Source of the DNA: the human T2T-CHM13v2.0 reference genome, Homo sapiens
Assembly: GCF_009914755.1 (NCBI RefSeq)
Contig: NC_060930.1
DNA length: 64,000 nt
Strand: one strand, 5' to 3'
The number at the start of each line of letters is the position of its first letter. The stretch's first letter is position 1. The translations under genes were made by a program, and so were the position numbers. Positions 34,831 through 51,897 of this stretch are shown here, piece after piece. The notes beneath the pieces were generated by a model. That model saw only the letters and a list, made by a program, of their open reading frames with translations, searched no databases and was not told the DNA's origin.

Positions 34831-35604
34831 TTGAGTGAGCTTTTTATTTTTATATCCCTTTCTGGTAACGGAACTACCTTTAAGACTTTCAGTTTTTCCA
34901 TGTCCCAACTTGCCACATTTTACGTGCACTTGAAAATTCACTCCTTAAGCTATTTTTCATTCTTTCAACCCAGTAGGAATAATATTGCCTGTTTATTATT
35001 TGAATAGCAGCATTACTGCTGGTATTATAAAGTCGCTGGTCTTGAGCATAATTTGTATGTGTAATAAGTTAATATTTGTTGTCAAGGCTTTAAAGGGGCT
35101 GTGTCTTTGGTGTTGGATTTTAATAGTTAATGAACCAATGGAATCTTTTTAGTTTTATTGCCTTCCTTGGGTGATTAGATATGCATCATCAGACCTGGTT
35201 TGCTTTCACCAACGCTGAAAACAGGTTCCTTGTTAAACACGTCAGTTACTTGTTTCTGGAAGTTACATTTACCACATACTGTGATGACTGGCATTGTTTT
35301 TTGGGTTTCCGTTTCAATGAAAAAAATTACTTGAAAAATGTTCTCTTATATTTTGAAACTGTGATACTCATGTTAGCTTGTGATTAGCACTAGCATTTGA
35401 GGAACATTCTAAATTCAATCTCTCAGGCATTTTGGTTTCTTTGTTTCTAAAACTTGTTCAATTATGCCTGATTTCCACTGGTAAGACATAATAACTCTTT
35501 TGTGCAAATTGGATGTTTGTATCACTTCCCTGCTTTTTAGTAAACTTTGAAATTCTTTTCAATTCCTGAAACTAAGTGGGAATAGTAACTAGATTAACCA
35601 TGGC

Positions 35605-36100
<496 letters not shown>

Positions 36101-37157
36101 TAATGAACAGGACATCATTGCTTGAAAATTATTTCTAAAAATCAGGACATTCCAAAAATAATGGTTCCTTTGAAAGTATTAAGCCCTTCTTGTTGCAGGC
36201 CTTGTGGGTGTGATTGGTTTGTGTGTGAGAAAACCATGCTAAATGTAAATAAGTACATTTAGTAACTCTTTAAGGAACAATTAGTTCCTTTTCCCAGGAT
36301 AAATTTATTTTACAAGAAGTGATAAAGTGAATATTTTGTAAGAAGTATAATTTTAAAATTATTTAATGTGATTTTTTGGCACATCTAATATGCAAATATA
36401 GTATTTATATTTCCCTTTCCCGTTACTAAAGGGAAAAATAACTCTAGTGAAGAAAGCGGAAGAAAGGTCTTTTTGGTCTCTGCCCTTCACTCTGACTGTA
36501 TTTCTTTGCTGTAGCTGTATTAACTGAGTAGTTAGCTCTAATTACATAGTTCATCTTTGCAGCAGCCTCAACTGATTCAGTTTAAAATCAGATTAAAACA
36601 AAACGTCCTTCTTCTTGTGTGTGCAACCCCATAATTTAGACTGTTCTGAGCTTTTAAAAGAATGCTTAGCCAGTTTTTTTCTCCAACCGTAATTTGAAAA
36701 ATTAAATTTCCTTAAAAAGCAAGGAAATTATGCCACATTTAAAGATCCTAGATTTAGTTGTCTAGGGGCTGTTTCTGATGATCAGGATAAATTAAGTGGA
36801 CCACCATGCAATGTTTTCTTGTATGAGTAGTGGCGAGAGCCAGGGGTGGGAGATGAGGGGTTAGTTAGTCTTAAACAGCTCAGCAGGAAGAGTTGGCAGA
36901 GTTGGGATTCTGCATCTTTGACCTTTTAGCATTTCAGTGGGTCTTTGTTTTCATATGGACTTTTCCCTCTCCTCCATTTTCTTCCCCTTTTTTATATAAA
37001 CTTTAAAAAATTGGTAATATTTAGATGCCCTCTGAGCTTTGGAAAGGCATTTTTGTTGTTGTTGTTGTTTCAGTCCATTGGGTACATTTAGTTCTGCTGT
37101 ATCTACATCAGAAAAACCCTAAGTGTAATAAAGCACGTGAAGTATTACATTAGCTCA

Positions 37158-37335
<178 letters not shown>

Positions 37336-37691
37336 AAGTAGGCTTTGGAATCAAAGAGTCCCCAAGCCACAGAAAGCTCCACCATAGCTCCAAGTCCTGC
37401 AAACCAAACAACTTTCAACTTCCCCATGTAAGTCCGGCATTTGGTTTATGATTTGGCAAATGCTGAAAGGAGGAGCTTTCACGCCAGCAATTGTAAGAAG
37501 GAAACTTAGCACTAGCTCCACAGCATAGCAGAGAGAGAACTATGTCAACTTGAAGATTTATATTAAATAGAGAAACAAGGGATTGGTTTAGATATATAGA
37601 TGACTTACAAAGAGGAAGTTTGGGGTGGTGGTTAAGGCCAGATCATTGGCTTTAGATAAATCTGATTCAAAATCTGGATGAGCATCATTAA

Positions 37692-38690
<999 letters not shown>

Positions 38691-39739
38691 ATAAACATAA
38701 AAAGAAACACAAAACAACAGCCCACAAAATCTGGCTGAGCCACTGACTAGCCAGGTGACCTTGATCTATTTAAGAGTTTTTCATCTGTAAAGATAATATA
38801 TAATGTTTAAGGGGGTTATTGTGGGAATAACATACCTATTGTGATGTCTAACACAAAGTAAGTTCTCAGTAATGGGTTATTTTTCGTCAATATTTTGTCA
38901 TGTGTGTGCAAAGTGAGAAATAGACATTACAAATTTCTTTGTGGCTGTCTAGTTGAACTAAGAATGATGGATATTGTCTTCAGCATTAAATGTACCCATG
39001 GATAAGGTAAATTGATGTGATATTCAGTGGTGCTGATAGGCTGGAGGCAATTCTCCCACCTCCTGCCTGATGAACTCCTGGTTTTCCTTTAAACCCCACT
39101 CTTTGTCAATATCCCTGACCCTCCAGATAGCTCTTTCCTCTCCTCTGTTTTGCCTTTGTACCCAGGCCACTAGTCTGTTGTTACCTTTATCATGGAGTTC
39201 CTATGTTCTTCCTCCTGGACTATGAGCATTTGAGACAGGGATTATTTTATTCATATTCTCCCTCTTCCCACCCACTGTCTAGCACAGGGCTTGGCATATC
39301 CATTAGTTGGATTGAAATTGATTAGATTTAATTGAATCAAATCCTGTATAGAAAACAGGGTCATACCAAATATTTGGGGCTCACAAGGCTGTTGACAAAG
39401 TCTGTGAGATGCCTCATTTTACAGCCTTGTTTTTGATTCCAGGCCCCAATCTTAGTTAAGCACCAGATTATACATCACATCTGATATCATTCAAGACTCT
39501 TAATTGTCATTGCAGACAACGTGGTGGCATTCAGCTGCGAGCAGATGTAAGGTTTCTTGAGGCTTTACTGTTGGATTTGCTGTTCTAAGGGATATGAACA
39601 GCTGTGTGGTTCAGGCTTCTGGAATTAAGAGAGCCAATGTAACAATAAGGAGTAAGAGCTCAAGTATAAGTCAGGAATCATGCTCAGATGTCATGGGTTG
39701 CCTGGTGAGAATGTTCAAATGGATTTAGTACTTTATCTT

Positions 39740-40044
39740 GACCAGGTGCAGTAGCTCATCCTTGTAATCCCAGCACTTTGGGAGGCTGAGGTGGGAGGAT
39801 TGCTTGAGCCCGGGAGCTCAAGACCAGCTTGGGCAACAAAGTGAGATCCTGTATCTACAAAAAATAAAAAATAAAAAAATTAGCTGGGCATGGTGGTTCG
39901 TACCTGTAGTCCTAGCTAGTTGGGAGGCTGAGCGGGGAGGATCGCTTGAGCTTTTAGGATTTTGAAGCTGCAGTGAGCTATGATCACGCCACTGTGCTCC
40001 AGTCTGGGAAAGAGTAAGATCCTGTCTCGAAAAAAAAAAAAAAA
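39740..40044 (+). mobile_element. AluJ
   Basis: Forward Alu dimer. Confidence 0.87.
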
Positions 40045-40889
40045 CCTTTAACTGCCAAAAGGGGTATTTCTTTATTCACAGCCTCTATTGATGTACAGGA
40101 TTACTTTTGTATCCTTCAGTATCCTTTTTAAGAAAATGGCAATAAGTTATTCCACTTATGGTGCCCATTGCTATTATTTCCTTTTACAATTATAACAAAA
40201 ATAATTTTGTCATATAGAGAAGGATAGTGTTACAAATTAATTTACATGAGGTCAAATTTTCTAGGTAGGCTACTGCTTCTGGGATAATTTTCCACATAAA
40301 CTTTGCCATCTCTAATAACTTTCCTTGTACTCCTATACTCAAGTAAGCAAATCCTGCTTTTATATAATGACATGTTTCTGGAAAACCTGTATGTAATCAG
40401 AATCTTTGGAAAACATCTAAAATACATAATTTTGAACATGTGAGCTATCCATTTTCTTTTCAACAGGCTTACACCCCAGTTACCTTCTCTTCTTTTTTTA
40501 TTCTTAAAACAGAAGTGAGAAGCTCCCATAAAGGGATATTTGGTGTTCTGGGCAAAGGATGTTAGATGCTTCTCCCACCCATCCGATGCCTTGTTTTGAT
40601 TAAGGGAGGCATAGCTTAGCTCCTTTCATCCCCAGAATAACTTTGTTCCAACCTCATGGGTCCTCCTTGGTCCTAAAGACAGTTTAAGATGATGTCAGAT
40701 AACACCACATGTAAGACCTCTGCTTCCCATAACTTTGAAGTCACAGGCCAGCTTCTACCCAGCTGGAACTGAAATAACAAAAGGTTACCTGCCAAAGGCC
40801 ATCCAGGAACCACTTAGGCCAAAGATAAAGACATGGTTTCTCTGATGCAACCTGAGGACAGGGTAGATGCAAATCGTATCTAGAAACAG

Positions 40890-41195
40890 GCTTTGGGCGC
40901 AGTGACTCACATCTGTAATCCTAGCACTTTGGGAGGTCAAGGCAGAGGATCACTTGAGGCCAGGAGCCCAAGACCAGCCTGGGCAACATAGCAAGACCCC
41001 ATCTTTACAAAAATAAATAAATAAAAAGCTGGGTGTGGTGGTACATGCCTGTAGTGCTAGCTACTCAAGAAGCTGAGGCAAGAGGATCAGCTGAGCCTAG
41101 GGGTTCAAGGTTGCAGTGAGCTGTAATCATGCTGCTGCTGCACTCCAGTCTGGGTGACAGAGCAAGACTGTATCTCTAAAAAAATAAAAAATAAA
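40890..41195 (+). mobile_element. AluJ
   Basis: Forward Alu; tagaaacaggc on both flanks. Confidence 0.87.
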
Positions 41196-41932
41196 TTAGA
41201 AACAGGCATATAATATGTGCTTGAATAATATGTGTTGGCTAAATGAATGAGTGCCTCACTGTTACTGGTAAAATCAACTAAGAATTTCTGGATGTCCCTT
41301 AGACTGTTCTTAAGGAGTAGTATCATCAAATTCTTAGACTCCCTTCATATCCACATGCTTAGATATAGTCACTGCATTCACTTGTAGATTTTCCCAAATG
41401 TATTTTCACAAGAGCTCTTTTAATAGTGGCTTAGATAGAACTTCTCTATAATTCATTCTATTTGTTCAAAGTATGAAAGTAATACCTGTGATGGGATGAC
41501 TTGTTATCTGGATATCACTGCCATACTGTTATAAGCCAGCCTGCCCCCCAAATCCTTTAATTTTCCTTGCTTTGCTTAGTGCAGGTGAAGCATTCCTGCC
41601 CTTGGCCTCCTCCCACAGAGCCAGTTTTCTGCTGGATGGCAGTAAGAGTTAATCAGATATGCTCATCCGAGCACAAGCATCAGCCAAAGTGTGTGCCACT
41701 GTCTCACATAAAACGAAGATGTTTCCTGAAGATGTTTAAGGAAAGCAATTAATTGTGTGAATTTCAGGCTAATGGGGGAAAAGTTCCATGGCATTTCCAG
41801 AGGAAATTCTGGCTTCAGCATTAGAAAGATCAGGATATAAATCTGGCTCCTGAAATTTATTTGCTGGCTGATCTTGACCAAGCCCTCTGAGAATCAGTTT
41901 CCTCATCTTAAAAATGGGAATGATGATTCTAA

Positions 41933-42264
<332 letters not shown>

Positions 42265-43491
42265 GGCAAGGTTGTTTAGTTTAGGTGGAATAACAGATGT
42301 TAGCATGCCTAGCATATTATAGGCTGTATTAATTGGCAGGTATAATTGTGGTGTATAGAGCCATTTTAAACTTCTCTGAAGTTATATTCTGTATGTGAGT
42401 TTCTGCCTGGATAGCTGATGCCAAGAACTGGTTTCCCTTGGAGTTAATAGGAAAACTCTTTCAGTTGGAATTGGTATCCAGACACTTAAGGATCATTAGT
42501 CTGGATGTTGGTTTTATTATTTGCTTCATGTATGTTGTTTTATTATTCTTAAATTATCTCCTTTGGATTTATTGGCGTCTTCTCCAGTGTATGTCATGCT
42601 AACCACATAGTAATTTGATGGTTAAAGGGATGAGGCATTCACTTGGAGACAATAGCATTTCCCTGAAAGGAGGTCAATGTTTACCCTTAAATAAAGGGGT
42701 GGTTTTACATGTGTTCATAATAAAGGCAAGAAAGTATTACTTTGGATGAGTCTCTTACATTTACATGTACAGGGTCTAGAAACTACCCTAAAAGAGGCAC
42801 ACAATTATAACTTGAATATATGTTAAGATGATAAGCCTTAGGTTTTTCTACTTGCAGGGCTTGGGGGTGGAGGGGGGAACTATTATTTCTCCTTACATGA
42901 AAAACCCCAATTAAAGTATTAAGGAGATTTAGAAGCCCCTGCTAAAGGCTCTGAGAAGATGATCTGGGCTGTTTATTAACCCATTAATCCAGTGTACTTA
43001 ATTCCTTTTGGCTAAGGGGGAAATGTTTTTTCCCCTTAATTTCCACACTAAATGAAACACTTAGACTCTGGTATCTATTTTTCATGAATGAATATGAGAG
43101 GTGCAAAAGCCATTTAATTTGCCTGTCAGTTTCTTTATAAAATGAGGGAGCTGGACCAGGCAGTCTTCTGTGCTGCCATTCTCTGAATTGTAATGCAAAT
43201 TGGAAGGATTGAATGACTATGCAACATCTGTCAGTCACTCCACACGCTTCAGACGTCTGGCCTCTAGAAGATTGTAAACTTCTAATATTCAAAGGGAAGA
43301 AGTTGTTTAAACTGTCATACATGGAGTGAAAAAGCAGTAAGAGAATTTTGATTTTTCAGTTTGCTTTTTTTTTCTTCTCCACCGGCAAGTCATTGCTTCT
43401 TCATAAAGTTTAGAAAATGTTTCTGTTGAGTTGTTCTGGGTGCCTTCTCAGGAATGTTGTGCTTTTCTCTGGTAGAGAATGTGCTGTGTTA

Positions 43492-44010
43492 GCTGGGCGC
43501 AGTGGCTCACACCTGTAATCCAGCATTTTGGGAGTCTGAGGCAGGTGGATCACTTGAAGTCAGGAGTTCGAGACCAGCCTGGCCAACATGGTGAAACACC
43601 ACCTCTACTAAAAATACAAAAATTAGCTGGGCATGGTGGTGCACGCCTGTAATCCCAGCTACTCAGGAGACTGAGGCAGGAGAATTGCTTGAACCCAGGA
43701 GATGGAGGTTTTGAGATGCTGTCTCAAAACAAACAAACAAACAAACAAAAAAATGAGCGAGAGAGAATGTGCTGTGTTAAAAACTTTTTTTTTTCCCTTC
43801 TATGGAGCTTTTTGAGATGGGGTCTCTGTCACCCAGGCCGGAGTACAGTGGCGTGATCATAGCTCACTGCAACTTTGAACTCCTGGGCCGAAGGGATCCT
43901 CCTGCCTCAACCTTCTGAGCAGCTGGAACTACAGGTTCATGCCACCATGACTCACTGATTTTTAAAATTTTCTGTAGAAACAGGGTCTCGCTTTGTTGCC
44001 CAGACTGTTC
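43492..44010. mobile_element. AluS (plus, 43492-43752) and partial AluJ (minus, 43810-44010)
   Basis: First has TSD gagaatgtgctgtgtta. Confidence 0.85.
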
Positions 44011-44444
44011 TATGGAGATTCTTAAAACTCTGCCCACTGCAGCCTACTACACTATTTTCTGTAGGTTTTGTTACAAATTTGCTTCATAAAGCTTAAAAAT
44101 GCAAAGATCAAGTAGTCTGGAATTAATTTGTAAGTGACATATAAGTTCAGACTTCCTGTCAAATTTGACTTCCTCTTCTATTTTTAAAATTTCACTAGTT
44201 TTTACTATATATTTTGGTGGTAACTTTGAGAGAAACACTTTGAGAAAAACATATTACCTCTCCCAAGAGTTTACAAAGAATACATATATCACATTTTAAC
44301 AGTTAATGAAATACTTTACTCATACTTAAACTCATTTAACCTTCACTTAAATCGATTTAAAGTCTCACAACACGTTCGTAAGGTTAAACATTATTATATT
44401 GATCAACTTTTTATGGATTAGGAAATGGAGATGTAGGAAGGTTA

Positions 44445-44738
44445 TGTTAAAAGGGAAACTTTAGAAAATTAAATTCAGCAGAGCTTAATTGAGCAATGGA
44501 TGATTCAAGAATAGGGCAGCCCCCCAAAACCCGAACAGGGTCAGAGCACTGTGGCCTGCAATATGGTCAGGTGGCATTTATGGACAGAAAACAGGAGTGA
44601 GATACTGAGACCGCTGGATTGGTTGCAGCTCAGCGTTTGCCTTAGTTGAAGATGGTCTGGTCAACTGGCTCCCTGCGATTGACTAAAGCGTGGCTGTTGT
44701 GGTTGGCTGAGACTCAGTGATTTATTATAAAAGTATAC
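44445..44738 (-). mobile_element. ERV1 LTR fragment (MER93/MER57-like) within a MIR
   Basis: tgttaaaagggaaactttagaaaattaaatt...gattggttgcagctcagcgtttgcctta. Confidence 0.6.
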
Positions 44739-44813
44739 AGATGAGGAAAATGAGTCTTAGAAAGGCCAATACGTTTCCTAGGAAACCATGGCTAGTACGT
44801 GATGGCACAGTGA

Positions 44814-45161
<348 letters not shown>

Positions 45162-46569
45162 AACTCCTGGGTTTCTTAGATGAGTGTCTTTAAGTGAGAT
45201 GCCTCTCTTATGTCCTTTCAACTAAGCAAGGTATATAGGTGCCAGATGAATGTGAATGTGAAAAGACACTTGAGTGTTTGCTTGAGTGTCTAATTAAATT
45301 CCCTTTATTTTTATGGCTTTAGACAAGGATATTCACAAATGCATGTGAGTTTGGTTTTCACCTTAGGCAACTTCCATTCTTTTCACAAATGTTTATTGAA
45401 TATTTATGTTCCATGCAGCATACTAGGCACAGTAGTGAACCAACTGTAGACACAATCTCCCCTCCTGTGACATATTTGTCTAGAGACATAGACAAATAGG
45501 TCTTTAAATACCATGTACTATTTGCTCTCATGAGGATTTGTCCAATTTGGGAGAAAGGTTAACTTCTTTAAGCCAGTAGGTGTTTTCCATAACATTTTTT
45601 TTTTGAGAATTCACCAGATTTATTGCCCATGGATGTACATCAAATAGTTCTTAGAAACAATAGATATGTTTTTCATTAGATATGCCTGAGAATGTACTAA
45701 ACATTTGGTGGTGTTTCTTCCTTTGAACATTAAGTGAGTTTCAAGCAGGTATTGCGTTGTTTGCCAACAGAGAAGTCATCCTCAGCCTAGCACATAAAGG
45801 AGATTATGACTTTATAATATATGAAGGGAAAACAATAGGTATGGATTTTAAGTAGATAACACTAAAGATGGGAAATGTAAGTACAATTCCCTTTGAAGCA
45901 GTGTTAAATTACAAATGCTGTCTACTATTATTTCTTGGATGAAGAAAGTAAAAAAAAAAAACTTGAAACATTAGTTCTGATTTTTCCGGTATACATCATC
46001 TACTTAGCCCTACATGTCCAGGGAAGATAAAACATACAGTGGAAGGTTTGAAAAATAATAAACTCATCCGTCGATTTCAATCAGGTAATTAATTTTTTGG
46101 TAATGCTTGCTTTACAGATTTGCAGATAAATCATGGTAGGAACTCAATAAAAAAGAATGAAGTGTAGGACAATTTTAAATATTATTATTTATTGCCATCA
46201 GTGAAAGTCACTACCTGTGTTTCCTTTTGTTCACTGGACCCTCTTTTAGGCATGACTGCCTATCACCTCCTTATCTGCTCTCCTCACAACTGTGATGCTG
46301 TCACTCACACTTGACCCAACCTACTTGCTCTTGGCCTTATAAGGGAATGCATGTCTGGTAGAAATCGTAGCATCTCTATCTCAGCTTTGGTTAAGGGTGG
46401 AATTCATCTCCAGAATTGTATACCTTCCAGTACTACTTTATGCTGTTGGGCCCAAAGCTGTCCATAACCCACACAACACCACCCAGTGGCTTATGTTCTA
46501 GGATCAGAGCTATAAAATCCAGAAGGCTCATGATGCTGCAGGTTCTTTGCCAGCCCATCTAGACGTCCC

Positions 46570-47250
46570 TGCTACCGTCTGAACTTTTATGTTCTTCCAG
46601 AAATCTTATTGTTAGCCAGGTGCAGTGGCTCATGCCTGTAATCCCAGCATTTTGAGAGGCCAAGGCTGGTGGATCACTTGATGCCAGGAGTTGGAGACCA
46701 ACCAGGCCAACATGGCAAAACCCCATATCTACTAAAAATACAAAAATTAGCCAGGCATGATGGTGCATGCCTGTAATCCCAGTTACTCAGGAGGCTGAGG
46801 CATGAGAATCACTTGAACCTGGGAGGCGGAGGTTGCAGTGAGCCAAGATCATGTCACTGCACTGCAGCCTGGGTGACAGGCTGTCTAAAAAAAAAAAAAA
46901 AACAACAACAAAACACTCAAAATCTTATTATTGAAACCCTAACCCCTAAGGTGATGGTATTTGAGGGTGGGACCTTTGGGAATTGATTAGAGTATGGGAG
47001 CAGAGTCCTCATGAATGGGATTCATATTCCTATAAAAGAGATACCAGAAAACTTGCTGCTTCTGTCTTCTGCCTTGTGCAAACACAATAAGAAGTCAGTA
47101 CCTATGAGCCAGAAATTGGGCCCTCACCAGACACTGAGTCTGCCTTGATCTTGGACTTCCCAGCCTCCAGAACTGTGAGAAATAAACTTGTTGTTTATAA
47201 GCTACCTGGTCTATGGTATTCTGTAATAGCAGCCTGAATGGACTAAGACT
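46570..47250 (+). mobile_element. MLT1A-type MaLR LTR interrupted by AluS (46614-46915)
   Basis: ttggacttcccagcctccagaactgtgagaaataaa...gcagcctgaatggactaagac; aaatcttatt on both Alu flanks. Confidence 0.85.
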
Positions 47251-48229
47251 CTCTACTTCTCCACTTCTCTGGGATTTGTTTTTGTGCATCTAGTCCTGGT
47301 TTTTTTTTTTAGACTCTTTCTGTTTAGCTATTGGGCACAGAGTCCAGTATTGCTAAGGCCTCAGTGTTTGCCCCAGGGCCTGGCAAATAGCATTGGACCT
47401 CCAGAACCCTGGAGCTCAGGCAAATTTCCTTGAGGCTGAACTATAGTGTGACTCTTCTTAGATGGGTTGTTTGGGATTGGCATCACGTGATGTCCCTAAG
47501 CAGGTAGATAGGAAAAAGCTGATGTTTAACAGCCATTTACCATTGTTTTCCCTAAAGACAGTATTTTCAGGCCACTGGCCAAATGCTTAAAACTCCTTGG
47601 AGTAAGGCATTGGGTTTGCAGCTCCTTTCTCCCCCTGTGCCACTACTCAGGAAGAAACCTAAGGCAGGACAAGGAAATTGTGTTGTGTTTCCCTGCATGA
47701 GTTAGAGACATCAGATTCTTTTTAAAGGCAGCATCATGTCTTGTCATTCCTTAAAGTGGGTGGACCTCAGCCACTTGTCCTGACTTGTTGAGATTTGCAC
47801 TGAGAAGCAGTATGTCTGAATGAAACTCCTGTCCTCTACTGAGACCTCAGGAAGCCCTGCCTTTTCTCCGAGCCAAAGATCTCCACAGCTCCACCACCTC
47901 CAAGAATCCTTTTACAGCCAGCCGCAGTCACCCTCTGCCCGGCCTCCTCTCGCCCCAGCACGCACCCCCACAACTGGCTGTTTCTTCAGTCTCCAAATCA
48001 ACTTGGAAGGTTTCTTCGGCTGCTTTATTTGTTTTTCTTTTTTGCATGGTGCTCTGCACCATGCAAAACAGTTTGGTTCTCTCCATCACTGAGTGAGGCA
48101 GTATAGTGTGTTCATGACAATAGGATTATATCTGACTTGCAGATTAAGTGAAATAATATACGTAAAGCCCCAAGCCCAGCACTTGGTATACATGTTAGGG
48201 ATGTAATAAACACTAACTTGCTTGATTCT

Positions 48230-48241
48230 TTCTCTCTCTGT

Positions 48242-48282
<41 letters not shown>
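48230..48282. repeat. (TC)n(TG)19 microsatellite
   Basis: Direct read. Confidence 0.95.
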
Positions 48283-48285
<3 letters not shown>

Positions 48286-48782
48286 CTGGCAGCAAGTGAT
48301 GTGTGGACAGGCTCTTCAACTTTTGCTTGGTGAGCAGCATGATAGTGTTATGATTAAGAGAGCAGACCTTGGTCCTCTACTGTTTGGGTTCAGATTCATT
48401 CTCTAGGTAACTTTGGCTTTGACTAAGCAAACTTAGTCAATTTACTTAGCCTCTATGCCTCCGTTTTTAAAAAGTCTGTAGAGTTAGCACTAAGAATAGT
48501 TCCTAGTCATAGCACTGTTATGAACATTAAATTAGTTAATAGATGAAGTGCTTGTAATACCATGTGCCTGGTATGTAGCACTAAGTGTTAAATCTGGGAG
48601 AAATGTCCTGTTGTATTAGTAATAAAAGTGGGACCACAGAGGCCATGTTGTATAAAGCAGTGGGCTTTCATTCCTATGCAGCATTAAGGGAGGTGAGTTC
48701 CGTCTCTTTGGGAAGACCCAGGTCATATTGGAGCTAAATTCATGGAATAGGGGCTTCAAAACTGGAGTCAAAAATCCCTTGA

Positions 48783-48804
48783 GTTGTCTCAAAAAAAAAA
48801 AAAA
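48783..48804 (+). mobile_element. Ultra-truncated Alu-like insertion (gttgtctc + A14)
   Basis: TSD aaaaatcccttga at 48770-48782 and 48800-48812; gtctc-A(n) is the Alu 3' end. Confidence 0.65.
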
Positions 48805-48863
48805 TCCCTTGAAGCAGCTTTGCTGGGATCAGTATTTCTGACTCAGTTGAGTAAGACAGACAC

Positions 48864-49390
48864 ATTTCTCAAACCCCATCATAAGAATCACCTGGGGCAC
48901 TTATCAGACACACCGACTAGGGCCTTGCCCCAGACCTACTGAATCAGAGACTTCAGGGAGGGGCCTTGGAATCTGATGTCTAACAACCCACACAAATAGT
49001 ACCACCTGGAAACACTAAGTCGCCTGGGAAGCTTAAGAAGATGCCTGTTGCCTGGGTCTCATGCGCTGGATGTTCTGATTTGATTGTTTTGGGGTTTTGG
49101 CATACAGGCATGGGACCTTTTTTTTTTTTTTTTTTTTTGAGCTTCTCCACTGTATCTAATGTAAGCCAGGGTTGAAAACCACTAAAATCCTATATAAGTC
49201 AGTATTTTTCAGAATCTGTTGGGGGTGCGTGTTAAAAATGTAGATTTATAAGCCCCAGCCTGCTGAATTGGACTCCTGGTAGTTGGGGTAGAATGAGGGT
49301 GGGAATAGAGGGAGTGAGGCCCTGGAATTTGCATTCAAAACACTTTCCATATGATTCTTCTGCATGCAGGACTTTGAGAGCTACCTGCTG
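48864..49390. mobile_element. Cluster of about three MER5A/MER5B (hAT-Charlie MITE) remnants
   Basis: Repeated motifs gaatcacctgggg, ccccagacctactgaatcaga, gggttgaaaaccact, ggaatttgcatt. Confidence 0.6.
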
Positions 49391-49501
49391 AATAGTGGTT
49401 TCCCTTAGTAGGCATGTGTGAAAATAGCTGAATGAATGACACCTAATCATTGCAGTATTTCCTTTTCTTCTCAACCAATCTGTTAGAAATTTCTTTATTC
49501 A

Positions 49502-49792
49502 AGTCAGGTGCAGTGGCTCACGCCTGTAATCCCAGCACTTTCAGAGGCCGAGGCAGGCAGATCACTTGAGGTCAGGAATTTGAGACCAGCCTGGCCAACA
49601 TGATGAAACCCTGTCTCTACTAAAAATACTAAAAGTAGTCAGGCGTGGTGGCAGGTGCCTGTAATCTCAGCTACTCAGGAGACTGTGGCAGGAGAATCAC
49701 TTGAAACCGGGAAGTGGAGGTTGCAGCGAGCTGAGATCAGCCACTGCACTCCAGCCTGGGCAACAGAGCAAGACTCTTGTTTCAAAAAAAAA
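49502..49792 (+). mobile_element. AluS
   Basis: Forward Alu dimer. Confidence 0.9.
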
Positions 49793-50237
49793 GTATTCAT
49801 GTACTGTAGGGAAATTCATTACCTTCATTACTTGCTCTCTTTTGATTGGTATAGAGTTTCTAGTAGTTGCTTCATTTTTAATATATTCTGATTTACCCTG
49901 GCAGAAATATATGGGAGTTTTTTATTTACATTCCTGGCCATGTGAAGGTATCAGTTCAGATGATGAAACCTGATCAACATACCACAGAACACGACTGGCT
50001 GAACAGGTTGTGTAGTTCGGCACAGAGTAGCTGTATTCTCAAGGCTGTTAAAGCAAGGGTCTGACACCACTAAGTGTTAGTAGTGGGTTGATATCTATTA
50101 TGGAAATGGATATGTAAAGCAGCCAAAACCCGATGGCATGAAATAGTTACATAGTCAACCTCTCTTGAGATCTAATTCATATTCCACTCACCAATAAACT
50201 CTGATACTTGGACTTCCCATATAGCTTGTCTAGACCC

Positions 50238-50330
50238 TTGCTGTTTAAAGTGGGGTCCATGGGCCAGGAGCACTGGCATCACCTGGGAACTTGTTAGAAA
50301 TGGAGACTCTCAGACCCCACTCCAGCAAGC
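50238..50330. mobile_element. MER5A fragment
   Basis: ggcatcacctgggaacttgttagaaatggagactctcagaccccac. Confidence 0.65.
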
Positions 50331-50811
50331 CTAGCATGTTGGGTTTGCCTGATGATGTGGCATCCTGTTTTTCTATATCATACTCATTTCTATTAGTGTG
50401 AGTCAGCATCCATGAGTTTGATTAACGTCAAGACACTGATGAAGTCATTGCTGAGCTTGTGAGGCTGAGAGCCGACCCTGGGCAGAGGTGAATTTATCAA
50501 GAGAATATCCCTAAAGGGGTGGCCCATTGGCTGCCTTCAGGTGACCTCCCTTCTTGTGGGGTGTACTTTAATTTTAGCATTGAGACCCACTACAAATTGC
50601 CTCAGATAACAGCAGGGGGCTCATTTCCATTCTGGCATGTGCACTCCAGTGAACTCCCCTTGTTCCCAGATGCATGAGCATGCTTCCTCAAGCTGCTTTT
50701 CAGCCAGCCTGGACTTCAGCAGTTTGTGAGAGTCTTTGCAAATGGTGAAGAAAGAGTCTTGTTGAAATCCTATTCGGTACATCTGTCTATGAATTATTAT
50801 AACTTTTTTTC

Positions 50812-51718
<907 letters not shown>

Positions 51719-51740
51719 GACTACCTCTTTAAAGACAATA

Positions 51741-51824
51741 TCTTCAAATACAGTCACATTTTGAGGTGCTAGGGGTTAGGACTTTAACATGTGAATTTTG
51801 GGGGAACACCATCAGGTCCATAAC
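51741..51824 (-). mobile_element. MLT1 LTR fragment
   Basis: caaatacagtcacattttgaggtgctaggggttaggactttaacatgtgaattttggggga. Confidence 0.7.
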
Positions 51825-51897
51825 ACTCCTCAAAGGAGTCTCGGATAGATACACATTTTTGCAAAACATTAACAAGAAAGGGCAATCATTAGTTATG

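Noticed and set aside
46008-46090. Possible exon ending CAG|GTAATT with open frame PTCPGKIKHTVEGLKNNKLIRRFQS
   Set aside because: Weak acceptor, unrecognised peptide, no independent support.
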